A program made the position numbers and the translations under genes. DNA of 64,000 nt from Octopus sinensis (Eukaryota): positions 10,168,001 to 10,232,000 of the forward strand of contig NC_043000.1 of the NCBI RefSeq assembly GCF_006345805.1. Direction: 5' to 3'. Position 1 is the stretch's first letter. Each line of letters opens with the position of its first letter. Below the pieces are notes generated by a model. The model was not told the origin of the DNA, did not search any database, and worked only from the letters and a program-made list of their open reading frames with translations. Below, piece after piece: positions 13,115 through 28,049 of this stretch.

Positions 13115-13795
13115 GAACAATACTATACATTGACACAAGATTATCCATTGGCACTAGATTATATAGTGTCGCAAGACCAAACATCAGCACACAGCCATAT
13201 ATTGACACAAAGCCATATTGTAACACTAGACTATACAAAGACACGAGGCTACATTATGGTACAACACTATTCAATGACTCAAAACCATACATTGTCACAA
13301 TACCATAAAGCGGCATACGGCTATTCAGTGGAACAACTCCATTCAATGTCACAAGAACATGTAGTTTAACAAGATTATACAATACCACAATACCATACAG
13401 TGGAACGAGACCAACCACTAACTCAAGACTGTACATTGACACCAGACCATACAGGGGTACAAGATAATATTACACCAATGTAAGGTTTTGTACCATACAA
13501 TGGTATAAGACCAAGCAGTGACAGAAGACTACACAGTAGCACAAAAACCAATCATTGACACTACACCATACACAGGCACAAGAGCATACAGTGACGCAAG
13601 ACTGTTCACTAGCGCAAGGCCCATTGTGTCAAGACCATTTCAATACAAGACCTTGACACAAGACCATTTCATGACTCAAAATCGTGTAGAGGTACAAGAC
13701 TGTCCATTGATGCTAGACCATACACTGATGCGAGGTTACACATTGTCACAAAAACATAGCGTAGCATAAGACGAAACAGTGGCATAAGACCACAA
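13115..13795. repeat. Degenerate 18-bp tandem repeat (about 37 units; consensus near CAAGACCATACAKTGRCA)
   Basis: The 18-nt period is visible by eye, with hexapeptide periodicity in translations on both strands. Confidence 0.85.
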
Positions 13796-13959
13796 GACAA
13801 TGCATTTAATTATGTTCGATGTTCCAATGCCTTTGCTTTAAGGAAGGATTACCAAAGAACTGAGAACTGGAGAACTGAACATCGCTCCATGTATACTAGG
13901 ACACAGCTAATCACTGAATTAGACATTTATTTCTTAGCAGTAAACAGGGTAATTACATG

Positions 13960-14190
13960 AGCCAGTGAAGAAGCTTCTAAGTGATTGCTCGACATGCTAC
14001 AAATAACAGCCAAATCTCTCTCAGACCGCTCCACCTCTTAATAATATGAAAGAGATATGGGATAATGCAGTCCTACACATTGTCTAGTAAAAACAAAATT
14101 GAAAAAGAGAGCAACAAAAGATTTGAGATAGTCAAGGCATAATTGCTTTGATCTTAGGTTTACTAACTCATGGCTGATCTGCTACTAAAC
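13960..14190 (+). mobile_element. Degenerate interspersed repeat (SINE-like family D)
   Basis: gctcgacatgctacaaataacagccaaatct..; a related 3' portion occurs inverted at about 34412-34510. Confidence 0.4.
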
Positions 14191-14620
14191 ATCTAGAACA
14201 GAAATTCCATCATCACCACCAGCTCCACCACCACAAAAAAAAACAACAACAAACAAACAAACAAACAAACAAAAACGAAAACAGTATTTAGAGCAAATAT
14301 ATTCTGGAAACTAATATTAGAGTTGAATTGAAGAGATATTTACAAAAAAACAGACGGTGTGAGAAAAGGCAACGCATCACTGAAAATCGTTTTAACATAT
14401 TTCATCAATTATTAAGTTTAAATGTCTATAGAAAATGATCGATATCAGTTGTAAATGAATATATTCAATTTCTATGACGAAGAGATATTGCATGAGTTGG
14501 GCGTTTTCGTTTTGTTCACTTTTGCTTCGATCTTAACAAACTAAATTGTTTTAATACTGAAAATGCAAAACACTTGTTTTATTGTTCAGCTGGCTCTATT
14601 ATTAATATACACATGCGTTA

Positions 14621-14675
<55 letters not shown>

Positions 14676-14747
14676 TATTATATATATATATAGATATATA
14701 TATATATATATAGATATATATATATATGTATATATATATATGTATAT

Positions 14748-14795
<48 letters not shown>

Positions 14796-15619
14796 ATATG
14801 TGTGTGTTGTTTTTTTAATGTCAGTTTATATATTAGAAACATTTAACATGAAACTGAATGATTATTCAATACTTTGTAGTAGAGTGCATGTACATGATTA
14901 TTAAAGTTTTACAAAGAAAACGTTGACAGTGACTTCGAAATTTCGGTTTCCTCACCTTCACACATACACACACACATTATAGAAATAAGCGAGACGGAAA
15001 ATGGAATTTAAGGGAAACTGTTGACCACTTCGATCGTTTCAACACATCGTCGTGATTAATAATGTTTCCCGTAGATTCCATCTCCCGTCTCTGTTGTTTC
15101 TATTATAGTCACTGTATACTGAGGAACTCCTAATGTAGATTCAGCGACGATTGTGCAATTACCGTGGATGACACTAGGTAGCCATAAGCAGCGAACGTGC
15201 TGTATTGGCATACTAGTAGGGACATAACACGTAAATTTTTAATTTTAATTTTAACTACACACACACACATACACACGTATATACACACACATACATACAG
15301 ACACATAAATACACTCATATGTATGTCATTATTCAGTTTTATTTTAAGATTTGCTTCCAACAGAGAGAGAGAGAGCTGGTTTCTAACCTAGATCCATAGC
15401 TCCTTCAACAAATTTCAACATCAACAACAGGGTATTTTTGTATGTATATATATATGTGCAGATTTATATGTTTTCTTTTATGTGTGTCTTCTCAGGCATA
15501 TAGTTGCATATCTAAACATGCTCATATATATTTAAATGATAAACTTCTGGAAAGTTTTACAGATTTTTACAGTTCCAGTGATGCATTGGATCTGTAGTCT
15601 TCGAATCAGCTTTTCCTTT

Positions 15620-16237
<618 letters not shown>

Positions 16238-16764
16238 AGGCTCCCCCTTTTTTATAACAAGTAAGATAAAAACAATAAGCATAAAGCATTAGAATTAAAT
16301 GCTTAAAAAAAAAAAGAAGAAAAGGAATTAACTCATTATCCTTATTTCTGGCATCAGATTGTGTGGTGGAGTAGAAGAATCGGAAGAGTGTCATGCAAAA
16401 TGCTCTACATTCAGAGTATTTTATGCTCAGAATTCAATTCCACCAACGTTTTTATCACCCCAGAGTCCAGAAAATCCAATACCAATCGAATACTTAGGTC
16501 GATTGCATCACTCACTCACGTGCTCTCAAAGTTCTTATGTTAGAAGCAATTATTTCTAATATAAAAAAATCAATAGTATTATAAAAATTATTTCATATCC
16601 TTTTTTTCCTTTTCCCTGTTTTGTTTCAGTCATTTGACTGTGGCCATGCTGGAGCACCGCCTTTAGTCGAGCAAATCGACCCCAGAACTTAGTTGCGGGC
16701 ACATAAACATAACAGCATCGGTTGTCAAGCGATGTTGGGGGCAAACACAGACATACAAATACAT

Positions 16765-16860
<96 letters not shown>

Positions 16861-18539
16861 TACAACGGGCTTCTTTCAGTTTCCGTCTATCAAATCCACT
16901 CACAAGATTTTGGTCGGCCCGAGGCTATAGTAGAAGACACTTGCCCAAGGTGCCACGCAGTAGGAATGAGCCCGGAACCATGTGGTTCGTAAGCAAGCTA
17001 CCTACCACAGAGCCAAACATTGGTACTTTCCAATTATCGACAACGTATTTTTTTTTTATTCTCGGATTAGAGAATAAACTATTAAGAAATCATTTAATTC
17101 TTTTCCTTTTCCTTTTCTCTGAAGTAGTGATAGCTATTCTGAAAACCCACCGATCAACTATGAAAACTCGTCTCCCTAGTGTAATAGTTTATTCCCTAAT
17201 ACTTCAGTAAATAAAAAGAAATTGACTGTTGATAACAGGAAAGTATTCAAACTTTAACCGAAAAATTGTTTCATTACTGAAAGTAGAGTCTCAATATTTA
17301 TTAACTGAATAACTGAGAGAGGTGGCTCATGCCTAGATTAAGCTATGAAATTTCTTAGCGAAAAGATATCCCTTCTAAAGCTTCAAGGAAATACATTGAT
17401 TTAGTAATACATCTCTGATTTGTTTTTCCCACTAGAAGTCCTAGAAGTCTTTGTGTTATCTATATTATTAAGTACTTCCGACACATACAGGCTTTTGATA
17501 GAAAAAAACCATACACATTTCTGAATTACTATAAACAGGGCATTTAGAAGAGGCAAAAGGGAGCTTGTGTTATTTAATTAATAAATAGTAATTGAAAACC
17601 AATCAACGGAAGTGGTATACATTTCTGCTTAATACACTTACTGCACACAATGTATTAACTTGAAATGAGAATCACTCTCAACTAATAATCTCTCTCCCTC
17701 CCCCCTCTCTATATTACACACACACACACACACAGACCCCCCCCACACACAGACCCCCCACACACACATACACACACATGCACGCACGCACGCACACATA
17801 CACACACATAAAGGCAGCATTTACTTCGTCGATGTGCTTAACGATAAAGATAACAAAAATACTTCTATCGGGAGATGCAAATCCGGAATGTATTCGAAAA
17901 TCAATATTTGAAACAAACCTGAAGCTATAAAATGATATCTTTTCGGCAAAAAATACTATTACATAATCCGAGTTAAGCAATTTAATTCACTGTCCAAATC
18001 CATAGTCCATATTCTACATCTCGTATTCCTAGACATGATTTTGTGTCTCTCTAAAAATTCTGTACAACTTTACCGCTATTCTCTCCATTTTAGATTTATA
18101 AAAAGAAAATGTTCCTACTAGATTTGACAAATCAAATCTGTTCGCTTTGTGTTTGTTTAGTCTTGAGGAGGACCACGTACGTCCCTAGTCGTCACAGGTT
18201 GGTGAGGTTGAGGCTGTTAAAGTTTCTATTAAACTGACGTTGTTGCAACAGTTTAAGAGGAACTGCTTGAACGAGCTACGGGCAGGCGTCTGTGTGGTAG
18301 CTTATTTGTTAGAAGTAGGAAAAAATGAAAGGAAAGAAAAAATTTTCCTTAAATCATTCTCAACTGTTACTGTAAAGTACAGGGCATTCTACAAAGTAAT
18401 ATATAATCCTGGTGCTGTAGCATGGCCGCAGTCAAATGACTGAAACAAGTAAAAGAATTAAAGAATAAAAAGAATGTCTTGAAAGCCTTACATCATAGGT
18501 CTACTCCAGGAACAACAACAGTAACAACAACAACAGCAG

Positions 18540-19560
18540 CAACAGCAAAAAAAAAAGGGAAAAATACAAACAGCAAGTGCAGAAAGAAATTAGAAGGGCC
18601 CGACGGCCTACGAGAGTAAGAAATGGGAGCAGTGGGGCCTCGGAGTTAGTAGGTGTGTTTGACACAATATAAATAATAAGAGCTGAACAGGAGACCTGTG
18701 TGAGTCGAGTATACATGTGAGGAAGTGGTAGGAGACCTGCTTTCTCTGAGAAGCAAACGCCATTGTAATATCACTTGAAAAAGCAGGGAGAAGGGACAAC
18801 ATATCTTAAGGGCAGTTGTTGGTATGTATTGAACAACTTTATGATCATCAGTCAGGTGACCTTTCTCTTTAAAATGTTTTCTGGGATGTCTATGTGTCAA
18901 ATAGCAACACTGGCCAAGCTGTGGGAAGAGTACTCCATTGAGGGTTTCATCTGAGTTTGTTGAGAGTTAATAGGTGGTAAATATAGAAGTATTTTCCGAC
19001 TAAGACTAAGAAAGCCATTCACTGAGATACACTCTTTAATATTTTGATGATGAATGTGGGATAAGGGACATTCTAAATAATGACAAAGCTTAGTATTCGA
19101 AATGATCGTGAAAATTATACTTGCGTGTTTTTTTGCTTCAAATGGGGATAGGATAATGTTTTCTTGATAAGTGCATTGGTTGTGTGTGTTCAAGTAGAAA
19201 AGATTGACTCGACTTCATGGAAGAATGTTTTTGAAGCCTCTGATCACGAATCAGTGTGGATTTGTTGTGAGATATCTAAAGTGAATGTGAACAGCATTCT
19301 CAAGGAGAAATTAACGGTGGTTGGTATCATCTGTCTAAGAATAGGTACTGTTAGGGGTAACATCATGTAAACTATTGATGTATAAAAAGAGTATGGATAC
19401 GGAAACAAACCTTGGCAAATACCTGACTTGATTAGAGTGTATCCAAAGACCACGATATTTGCAAGAGAGACCTTAATCAGTGTACATTGCGATATTGAGA
19501 TTTGACAGGAAGCCACAGATCCAAAAGTTGAGAGACGGATAGAGCCCACAGAAAGACAGG
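18540..19560 (-). mobile_element. Highly degenerate L2/Crack/Jockey-type LINE RT fragment
   Basis: Manual minus-strand translation with stops: FWICGFLSN..LFLYINSL..S*TDDT..QMKPSMEYSSH..YYNGVC.E, collinear with the RT and downstream segment of these LINEs. Confidence 0.65.
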
Positions 19561-19907
19561 TTTAATAGAAGATTCGCGTGCCAAACACGCGAATCTCTGC
19601 ACCGGCATTTTGCAAATGTAGAGGGCAATAATACCACTTTCACTATATATCTGAACTGGTTAATAACATATTAGAGGTCTCCAGTAGATATGACTTTCCA
19701 AAACCTGTACTAGTGGTCATTAAATAAGAAAGTATTGTTGCTAATGGCTGTCCTCACCACTTTTTGGATGTTGGAAGTGAATGTTAAAGGATTATAGATA
19801 TAGAGACACTGTAGCGTGTCTCGCAAAGACTAAGATATATCTTTGTATGAAAAGAAAGACATATATAGAGAAATATGAAGCGAGAAAGAGAGAAATAAAA
19901 AGTGATT

Positions 19908-20090
19908 TGTAGATTTTGGTGAGAATATGGGTTTTAACTGAAGCTAATTTTTTGAGATAAATAGAAAACATTGCTAGAGCTTGAAGTGGCCGGGGGTATT
20001 TTTGAACTTGGTGTGTATGCGTGTATGGTGTTGAACCTGATGACCACACACACACAGACACACACACACAGACACACACACACAGACACA

Positions 20091-20130
<40 letters not shown>

Positions 20131-20586
20131 CACACGTACGTACACACACACTCGCATACACCATACACGCAATCTTACAAAAATCAAATTTTCTTTTAAA
20201 GAAAAACCATACAACACACATTAGCCCAGCCCAAAATCCCTATATATATAAAGCTGAAGTTGTCTGTGTATGGCAGGTTTGGTACCCTTCAACTAACATT
20301 ATCTCCTCCGAGACCCTGCGGCGCAAGTTGACAAAAATTGAGAGTATGATAGAAGGCTTGCTCTTCCTTCGTAGCAGAAAAAATTCAAATCGGACCATGT
20401 TAACACCAAAAATTATTTACATCAAAAAGATGCTTTTTTTCTATGAAATTTTTTTACGATTTTTTGACCAGAAAAATGTCCACTTAAAGAGAATAACAAG
20501 CTACATAATGCAAAATTTTTACTTTTCAAAAATTCCAATTCTAAAGGGTCGAAACAAACCCGAGCAACGCCGGGCGATACTGCTAG
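19908..20586 (+). mobile_element. Non-autonomous Helitron, same family, 5'-truncated composite
   Basis: Homologous to about 30386-31076. Hairpin cccgagcaacgccggg at 20559-20574 and CTAG|T at 20583-20586. Confidence 0.8.
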
Positions 20587-22191
20587 TACATATATACAAT
20601 TCCACACTATCAAATATTTTCAGAAGTGATGCAGATGCTCAGCCACAAACATCAGTCAACATTCAAACTGAACATTCAGATGTCATTTCGTTGTTTTAGT
20701 TGTAATTTTTCCGATTTCAGCGACTTCATGTAACGACAGTAATAACAACTGTAATAAAAAAAGAATGTTTGATCGACTACATGCTCGGGTGTCCAATCAG
20801 ATATTTCAGAAACTACTGACGCCAGGAAGTCCAATTATTTTGTTATCAATTAGCGTTTAAGTAGATGGAATGTTCACATGACTAGAACGACTCCTTACGA
20901 ACAAATTGAACCATACAATGGAGTGACATGGAAAACTAGTTGCAGCACGGTTAGTGGAAACAAAGGAAACCATAAAACAATGGGACAAAGAACACCCACT
21001 TGTTTCAATGAATATTAGATCGTTGCCGTCTAGAGCTTTAAATATGCAATCTTCTCACAGTGTAATGTTTAACTTTACGCATGGCTTAACGTTGGAAAGG
21101 CCAGCTGATCCCTCATTCGACTATCAGGAGCGACCCATTAGTTGAAAAGGAGCTAGTGTTTGAAATACACTGTACCAGAACGTCTTAATTTAATTTGCGG
21201 CGTGAAGTGGTCTCAACAGGCCAATTTATGTTGAGCTCTTGAATCCAAGGCTCAAGATAATTGATTAAACTTGAAAATCTTTGACTATATCGTTCTTTGC
21301 TTAAGCAAATACAACTAATCTTACGATAATATTGGAAACAAAAAATAAGGGTATATCAATTAATTTTCGAATACAGTTTCAAAAATCAATACTTATAGAA
21401 AAAAATGAAGGAGAAGAATGACCTATTGATTTCAATGATTCTGCTAATGATAAAGAATGCATTTTTCTGCTGAGCTTCTAAATGTTCTTTTACTTGCAAT
21501 TTTACTAACCTTTTTAAAATTTTTTATGAGTATGTGTGCTGTACAGTGATCGTAGTTTTGGATATTGTCTTACATTACTAACAACAAAATTGTGTAAGGT
21601 CACCAGAGTCCCGAGCACTTGTGTGTCTGCCGTCTGCCACATATAAAGGGTGAATGAAACTACTTGATTTGTCGACAACTCCTGTAGTGTGAAATGCGTT
21701 GGAATTACTGATTACAGCAAGTTTTAGGCGGGATATAGTGGTATGATACAGACAAGAAAAAAAAAAACGTAGTACAAAGATAGTGTTCAGCTATTCTGAT
21801 GATGTGAATATTTTCTTGAAAATCAAACAGAAAGAGATTAACTATGAACAACTGTTTCGAAACATTCAACCTCTACACCTGATTATAAATTCACATTTTT
21901 ATAAGTAATAATTGGTGCAATTGGATTTGTGAATAAACTCCGAAGGAACAATCTTGAAAAGTTAGAGTATTCATTTTTCATTTAATACGCACATTACGAA
22001 TACGATCTTTAAGCGGAAAAGTAAAAATATGCAAAACAGTTCCTGAGTTCAAAATGTGATATTGTTCATGCTATCTTTTTTTCCAATGATACACCATTTT
22101 GATTTTATTAAAAATGAATTCCATCCTCACAAGAAGATTTCAAATAATTAAAAACAGAAGAGAACACACACACACACACACACACACACAC

Positions 22192-22243
<52 letters not shown>

Positions 22244-22244
22244 G

Positions 22245-22285
<41 letters not shown>

Positions 22286-22786
22286 TATACACACACGAGG
22301 GGGTGCTGTGAAGAACATACAGAAGTAAAAGAAAATACAGGAGGATCATTTAATTATGGTTTTATGCAACATATTCCCTTTCAGATTAACACACTTATGG
22401 CAACGGTCCTTCAGTTTTTCTAAGCCCTGTAAAAGATCCAACCAGGCCTTTCACTATATCCTTAAAACCAGGTACTTTTCGGCACTAACTTGTGTATATG
22501 TGCGTGTATGTATGTGTGAATGTGCGCGCTCCCGTGGACTGAGACGTTTCTTTTTGTGTGTTTTTGATACAGCAAAAATATTCGAGAGGCTCTTTACAAA
22601 GTTGTCAGTGTAGAACAAATTAAAATCGTCAGATGTTCACAAAACAGTCAAACTTGCATTAAATATGTATGTGTATATGAACACACACACGCACACGTAA
22701 ACACACACACACATACACACACACGCACACGCATACATAATACATACATACATTCATACATACATACATTCATACATACATACATA

Positions 22787-22948
22787 GGCGCAGGAGTGGC
22801 TGTGTGGTAAGTAGCTAGCTTACCAACCACATGGTTCCGGGTTCACTCCCACTGCGTGGCACCTTGGGCAAGTGTCTTCTAATATAGCCTCGGGCCGACC
22901 AAAGCCTTGTGAGTGGATTTGGTAGACGGAAACTGAAATAAGCCCGTC

Positions 22949-23012
<64 letters not shown>

Positions 23013-23250
23013 ATATGTGTATGTGTGTGTATATGTTTGTATGTCTGAGTTTGTCTCCCCCCATCGCTTGACAAGCGATGTTGGTGTGTTTACGTCCTTG
23101 TAACTTGGCGGTTCGGCAAAAAGAGACCGATAGAATAAGTACTAGGCTTACAAAGAATAAGTCCTGGGGTCGATTTGCTCGACTAAAGGCGGTGCTCCAG
23201 CATGGCCGCAGTCAAATGACTGAAACAAGTAAAAGAGTAAAAGAGTAAAA
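22787..23250 (+). mobile_element. tRNA-derived SINE family B (Octopus OR-like) with internal (TA)n/(TG)n microsatellite
   Basis: Head ggcgcaggagtggctgtgtggtaag..ggttccgggttc, tail actgaaacaagtaaaagag. Other copies at 1665-2065 (+), 16600-17014 (-), 45925-46272 (-), 54121-54609 (-), 62946-63345 (-), plus partial copies at 31195-31500, 45757-45885 and 63370-63570. Confidence 0.85.
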
Positions 23251-23346
23251 CATACATACATACATACATACATACATACATACATACATACATACATACA
23301 TACATACATGCATGCATGCATACATAAATATATATATATATATATA

Positions 23347-23449
23347 CTTTATTTAAGAGCAGCAGAAATATAACAAAACTGTCCGACGAACGAGAACGTG
23401 AATCTCCGAGTAACAGCTTTTGTTATATTTCTGCTGCTTTTAAATAAAG
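23347..23449 (+). ncRNA. Type I hammerhead-like motif (U4C) closed by an approximately 35-bp stem I
   Basis: AAAACUGU CCGACGA ACG-AGAA-CGU GAA UCUC-C-GAGU A ACAGCUUUU. Flanking arms 23347-23382 and 23413-23449 are inverted repeats. Position 15.1 is U instead of A. Confidence 0.6.
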
Positions 23450-23518
23450 CATTTTACTCTACCTCTGGTATTTGAGTACTCTTTTTTCCACCTTGTTTCA
23501 CATTTATGTGCTTACTCC

Positions 23519-23583
<65 letters not shown>

Positions 23584-24217
23584 ATATGTATGCATGTAAA
23601 TGCATGTGTATAGATTTTTATATGATATCAACTCGAAATACGACGCTGCCACTATACCGGGACAGCCAAGAGCCCGCGGTAGGATTTGAAATCATTCGCC
23701 GTTGTGAATCAATCGATCACTTGTTACATAAGTAGGATGCTAAAAATAATATTTGCTGGTATCGATTTGAGAGGTAAGACTGAAACAAGATGACATGAAA
23801 TACAGATGCTTTACTACATTAGCCGAGCAGCCTATTTACTGGCTCATATCGCTATTGCTGCATTATTGTTGACAATAGATACAGCGTAGCCTTTAGATTG
23901 TGCAGGCAATTTTAGCGTTGGAACATACAACCAACGCTCCACTATATGCATGTATGTGTGTGTGTGTATGTATATATGTATGTATGTATGTATGTATTGA
24001 TGGATGGATGGATGGATGGATGGATTTATGAATATATGCATGAATGTATGTGTGTATACATATGTATATATAAACATATGTACACACACACACACATATA
24101 TATGTACAAATATATATATAAACATATATATATTTAAATAGTCATATATATAAGTATATATGCGTGTATGTATGTGTATATGTATATATATATACATATA
24201 TATATACATACATATAT

Positions 24218-24293
<76 letters not shown>

Positions 24294-24315
24294 CACACAC
24301 ACACACACATATATA

Positions 24316-24354
<39 letters not shown>

Positions 24355-24435
24355 TTGATACCTCAGTTACTGAATGCCTTAATGGAACAGACTACGTTGA
24401 CCTTAGCATCATGAAACATTGTACAAAGATTATGC

Positions 24436-24474
<39 letters not shown>

Positions 24475-24837
24475 ATATATATAATATATATGCGTATATA
24501 TTACACACATACATAAATATATATGTATTTACATGTACATACACATATATATATGCGTATGCAAGATTATGCATATATTTTTATTGAGAAATCTCCGCAT
24601 TTGCATCATGCAGTAATGATATTAGGATTACGTTAGCTGTAGCTACTACTGGAGTAATTTCACAAAAAAAAAACATATTTCAACTGACTTTCAATGTAAC
24701 GTGAGTCATCTCGAATGACGTCATTCCACATTGCGAGCTATCGATTTATTCTTAATGTCACCAGCTTAACGCTATTGTTTTCCTCATACATACATACATA
24801 CATACATACATACATACATACATACATACATACATAC

Positions 24838-24959
<122 letters not shown>

Positions 24960-25005
24960 GGAGTAAACACATAAATGTGAAACAAAGTGGAAAAAAGAGT
25001 ACTCA

Positions 25006-25052
25006 AAAACTATCCGATGAACGGCAACGGGAAACTCAGAGTAACAGGTTTT
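25006..25052 (+). ncRNA. Type I hammerhead-like motif (U4C), second copy of the 23347 family
   Basis: AAAACUAU CCGAUGA ACG-GCAA-CGG GAA ACUC-A-GAGU A ACAGGUUUU, with single mismatches in stems I and II. Confidence 0.6.
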
Positions 25053-25213
25053 GTTGAATTTTCTGCTGCTTTAAATAAAGTATATATATATATAGGGAGT
25101 GTTTACGAAAAAAACAAAAGACGAAGACAGGTGGTGTACAAAACAAACAGATGTATTAGTATAACGCTCAGGAATAGAAAAAGTCCTGAGGGTTGAATTT
25201 ACAACCCCTATCT

Positions 25214-25288
<75 letters not shown>

Positions 25289-25662
25289 TATATATATATA
25301 TATATATATACTGTGAGATCCACATGAACCAAGGTAGCATGATTTTAGTTCATTTGAGATATTTAATAATAACTAGAGTGCATACAGGTACAAAGCAGGT
25401 AGTCAGTGCTAAAATCTATGTCTATTCGAAGGAAAAAAAATGAGAAGAATAGGCCTCAAATATCATTTAAAGGTGATATGCCGTATTTATCACGACCTGT
25501 ATCTTATGTGTATATATGTATATAAACCTATATACATGTACTTGGCACACACACGCACATACACAAACAAACACACACAAACAGACACAAACGCACACAC
25601 GTACGTACGTGAACATCATCATGCATTTATGAAGTATTTCTTCCTAATGTTTTCTCTTATAC

Positions 25663-25705
<43 letters not shown>

Positions 25706-26485
25706 TACATGTATGTATGTATGTGTGTGTGCGTGCATGTTACATTTTTATATCGATCCCTTTATGTATATATGTGAGTTTGTATATACGTACATATGTA
25801 TGTGTGGACAAGTAGCTCTCGAGCGCTACTGGTATAATTCAGTATAGCTTGTCTCATGCTTGTCACATGGTCGGATAATCGGCGACTAAACCGGTAACCT
25901 CACATAGCTTCCATAGTTAGGAGGGTGATTTACTGGACAACCTGAGGTACGTTAAAGGGCAGAGGAACTCATAAGAGTCAACGGTCACCTAGCGATGTGT
26001 ATATGTGTACGTGTGTATATATATATGCGTTCGGTCATCTATGCGGCAGGACTTAGAAATTCTTGGGGTGGTACCTGTGGTTGCAGTAAGCTCACTGGGA
26101 ATGAGAGACCCCCTGGCCTTTATCAAGGCATCTCCGTAGGAGAAGGCTAAAGCGTTTATAAAACCCACTGCTTTACTGAGCCGGATACCTTGCACTGTGC
26201 TTGTCTCTGGGCTTCTTGGTATTGCTAGTGGGAGTTACTGTGGCGTGGTACAAGCCGCACTCAACTTATAACCCTTTCACGGGCATTGCTGACACATCTG
26301 TCATCGATGGTTATATTCATTTAACGAGTAGACAGCCATCATGTATGTGCATATATTTGCATTCATGTATACATGTATACGTGTCTGTGTTTGTCTGTAC
26401 GGTTATATGTCTGTATGTACGTATGTATGTACTTTTTTTATACATACAAGCATGCGTGCATGCTTGTATGTATATATGCAGATGC

Positions 26486-26526
<41 letters not shown>

Positions 26527-26999
26527 AGAGAAATGGAAAATGGAGACAAACGCACAACATCTTGTGTGTTTTGTCTCCGTTTTCCCTTTCTCTTATGTTC
26601 TCCAAAACATGTTTCACCTCTTCTTGGAATTATTACCCAAGTACGTGTGGTTACTAATATCTTAAAAGTGCTTATGTGACATTTGGCTACCCTGGCAACT
26701 ATTTCTCTGGATATTTCCTTGTAAATATATATATATGAATGTCCATATATGTTTAAGCACCTTGTATGTATTCATCCATGTAATATTTACTGCTTAGTCA
26801 GTAAAGGGTGGCTAGCTTTAAACTTCTTGTATGACTTCCGAGACTGATGAGAGGAAAGAAAGAAAGAAAACCAATCCATGGATATTTGTTGAAAGCTTAC
26901 AACATTGAGGGTTCTGCTTAAAGCATGCAATGGCTTGGAGTGCTTTCGTACAAGGCGATGAAAATTCATAAGTCTACCTACTTCCCGTTTTCACGATTA

Positions 27000-27760
27000 A
27001 GACTTGGGTCAGCCATTTTCCTTGGTGGTAGTGATGCAATTCAATGATACTGATTTTATCTGCAGTTTTAAGTAATTTTAATGCATCTCCGCCACGAAGA
27101 CGCACTTAATTATAAGCTGTTTGACCGCTGGTTACCTTCATGGTACGGAATAAACGTGAAGTTTTCTTGCTATCAATGAATTTATAAGCTCTTGATAATT
27201 ACCAGGGTATCTATCTCGATGTTTTCTTGCTTAAAATCCTAGAGTTTCTGCGTAAATTTGAATGATGAACTTCTTCTGTTCTTTCTAATGAGTGATCATT
27301 GAGTTTGAGAGATCTTATGCTAGGTGTTCTTGATATACAAGCTTCTATACTGAATCATGAAAGTCGGAGATATTGAATTTTATTTCTGCATCTTGGGTTT
27401 AATCTTAAAATGTATTTTGATTCGAATGTTTCTTCTAATCCTCGAATAGATTAAACCATGACGTGTCTAACAACCATCTCTACCTGTAAGTGATTTGGTT
27501 GACAGCACATTTTGAGGACACAAGATCTTACAATGACATATTCTCGTAACTGCTAATATCTGCGGCATGAATTTTTTTTTAAAGATTTTGAACTTGCCCT
27601 TCTGTAGCAAAATGCTGTTTGTGATGATCAGATTGTGTTCAGCGCATCTGGTGAGTAGTAGGAGTCTGCTAGTGTTAAACATTTTCTGAAATAGTTTGTT
27701 CCCATAAATATCTCCCAGAGTATTCTGATTCACATTGACGTCATAAAGAAACACATTTTG
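27000..27760 (-). mobile_element. Degenerate RTE-clade LINE, apurinic endonuclease C-terminal region
   Basis: LLLTRCAEHNLIITNS..QKGKFK..VLSTKSLTGRDGC*TRH resembles the RTE CAEH.L.ITNT / GADC.TDH motifs. Confidence 0.65.
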
Positions 27761-28049
27761 TCTGTTCTTAGTGTGTTAGAAAGAATGGAATTCAGCTGTG
27801 CACAGACACTTTCAGTGTATCATCAATATTTAAATTTAGATCATTAAGCACTGATGACAGTTTCATATTAACTCTTTACTAGGTGAAGATGAAGAGACAT
27901 TAGTCATTCATTGGTGCCACCTGAGAATTCTGATAACTTCAGAAGAACATTTTAGTTGGAAAAGCTCATACTATGTATTCTTCCATTATATTTTCTAATC
28001 TCTTCCAGAAGACGACGTATCCTCGATGTTCTTATCTCCTCTCTCACTC

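Noticed and set aside
21792-21880. YSDDVNIFL reading resembling an RT YADD motif
   Set aside because: It is an isolated short match with no flanking RT motifs.
24370-24425. CTGAATG..GCATCATGAAACATTGTA hammerhead-like remnant
   Set aside because: The core is incomplete and there is no stem I.
25800-26340. GC-richer segment with short ORFs (25989-26195, 26201-26527)
   Set aside because: It is probably a repeat-derived UTR fragment; no recognisable domain or termini, so it was left unannotated.
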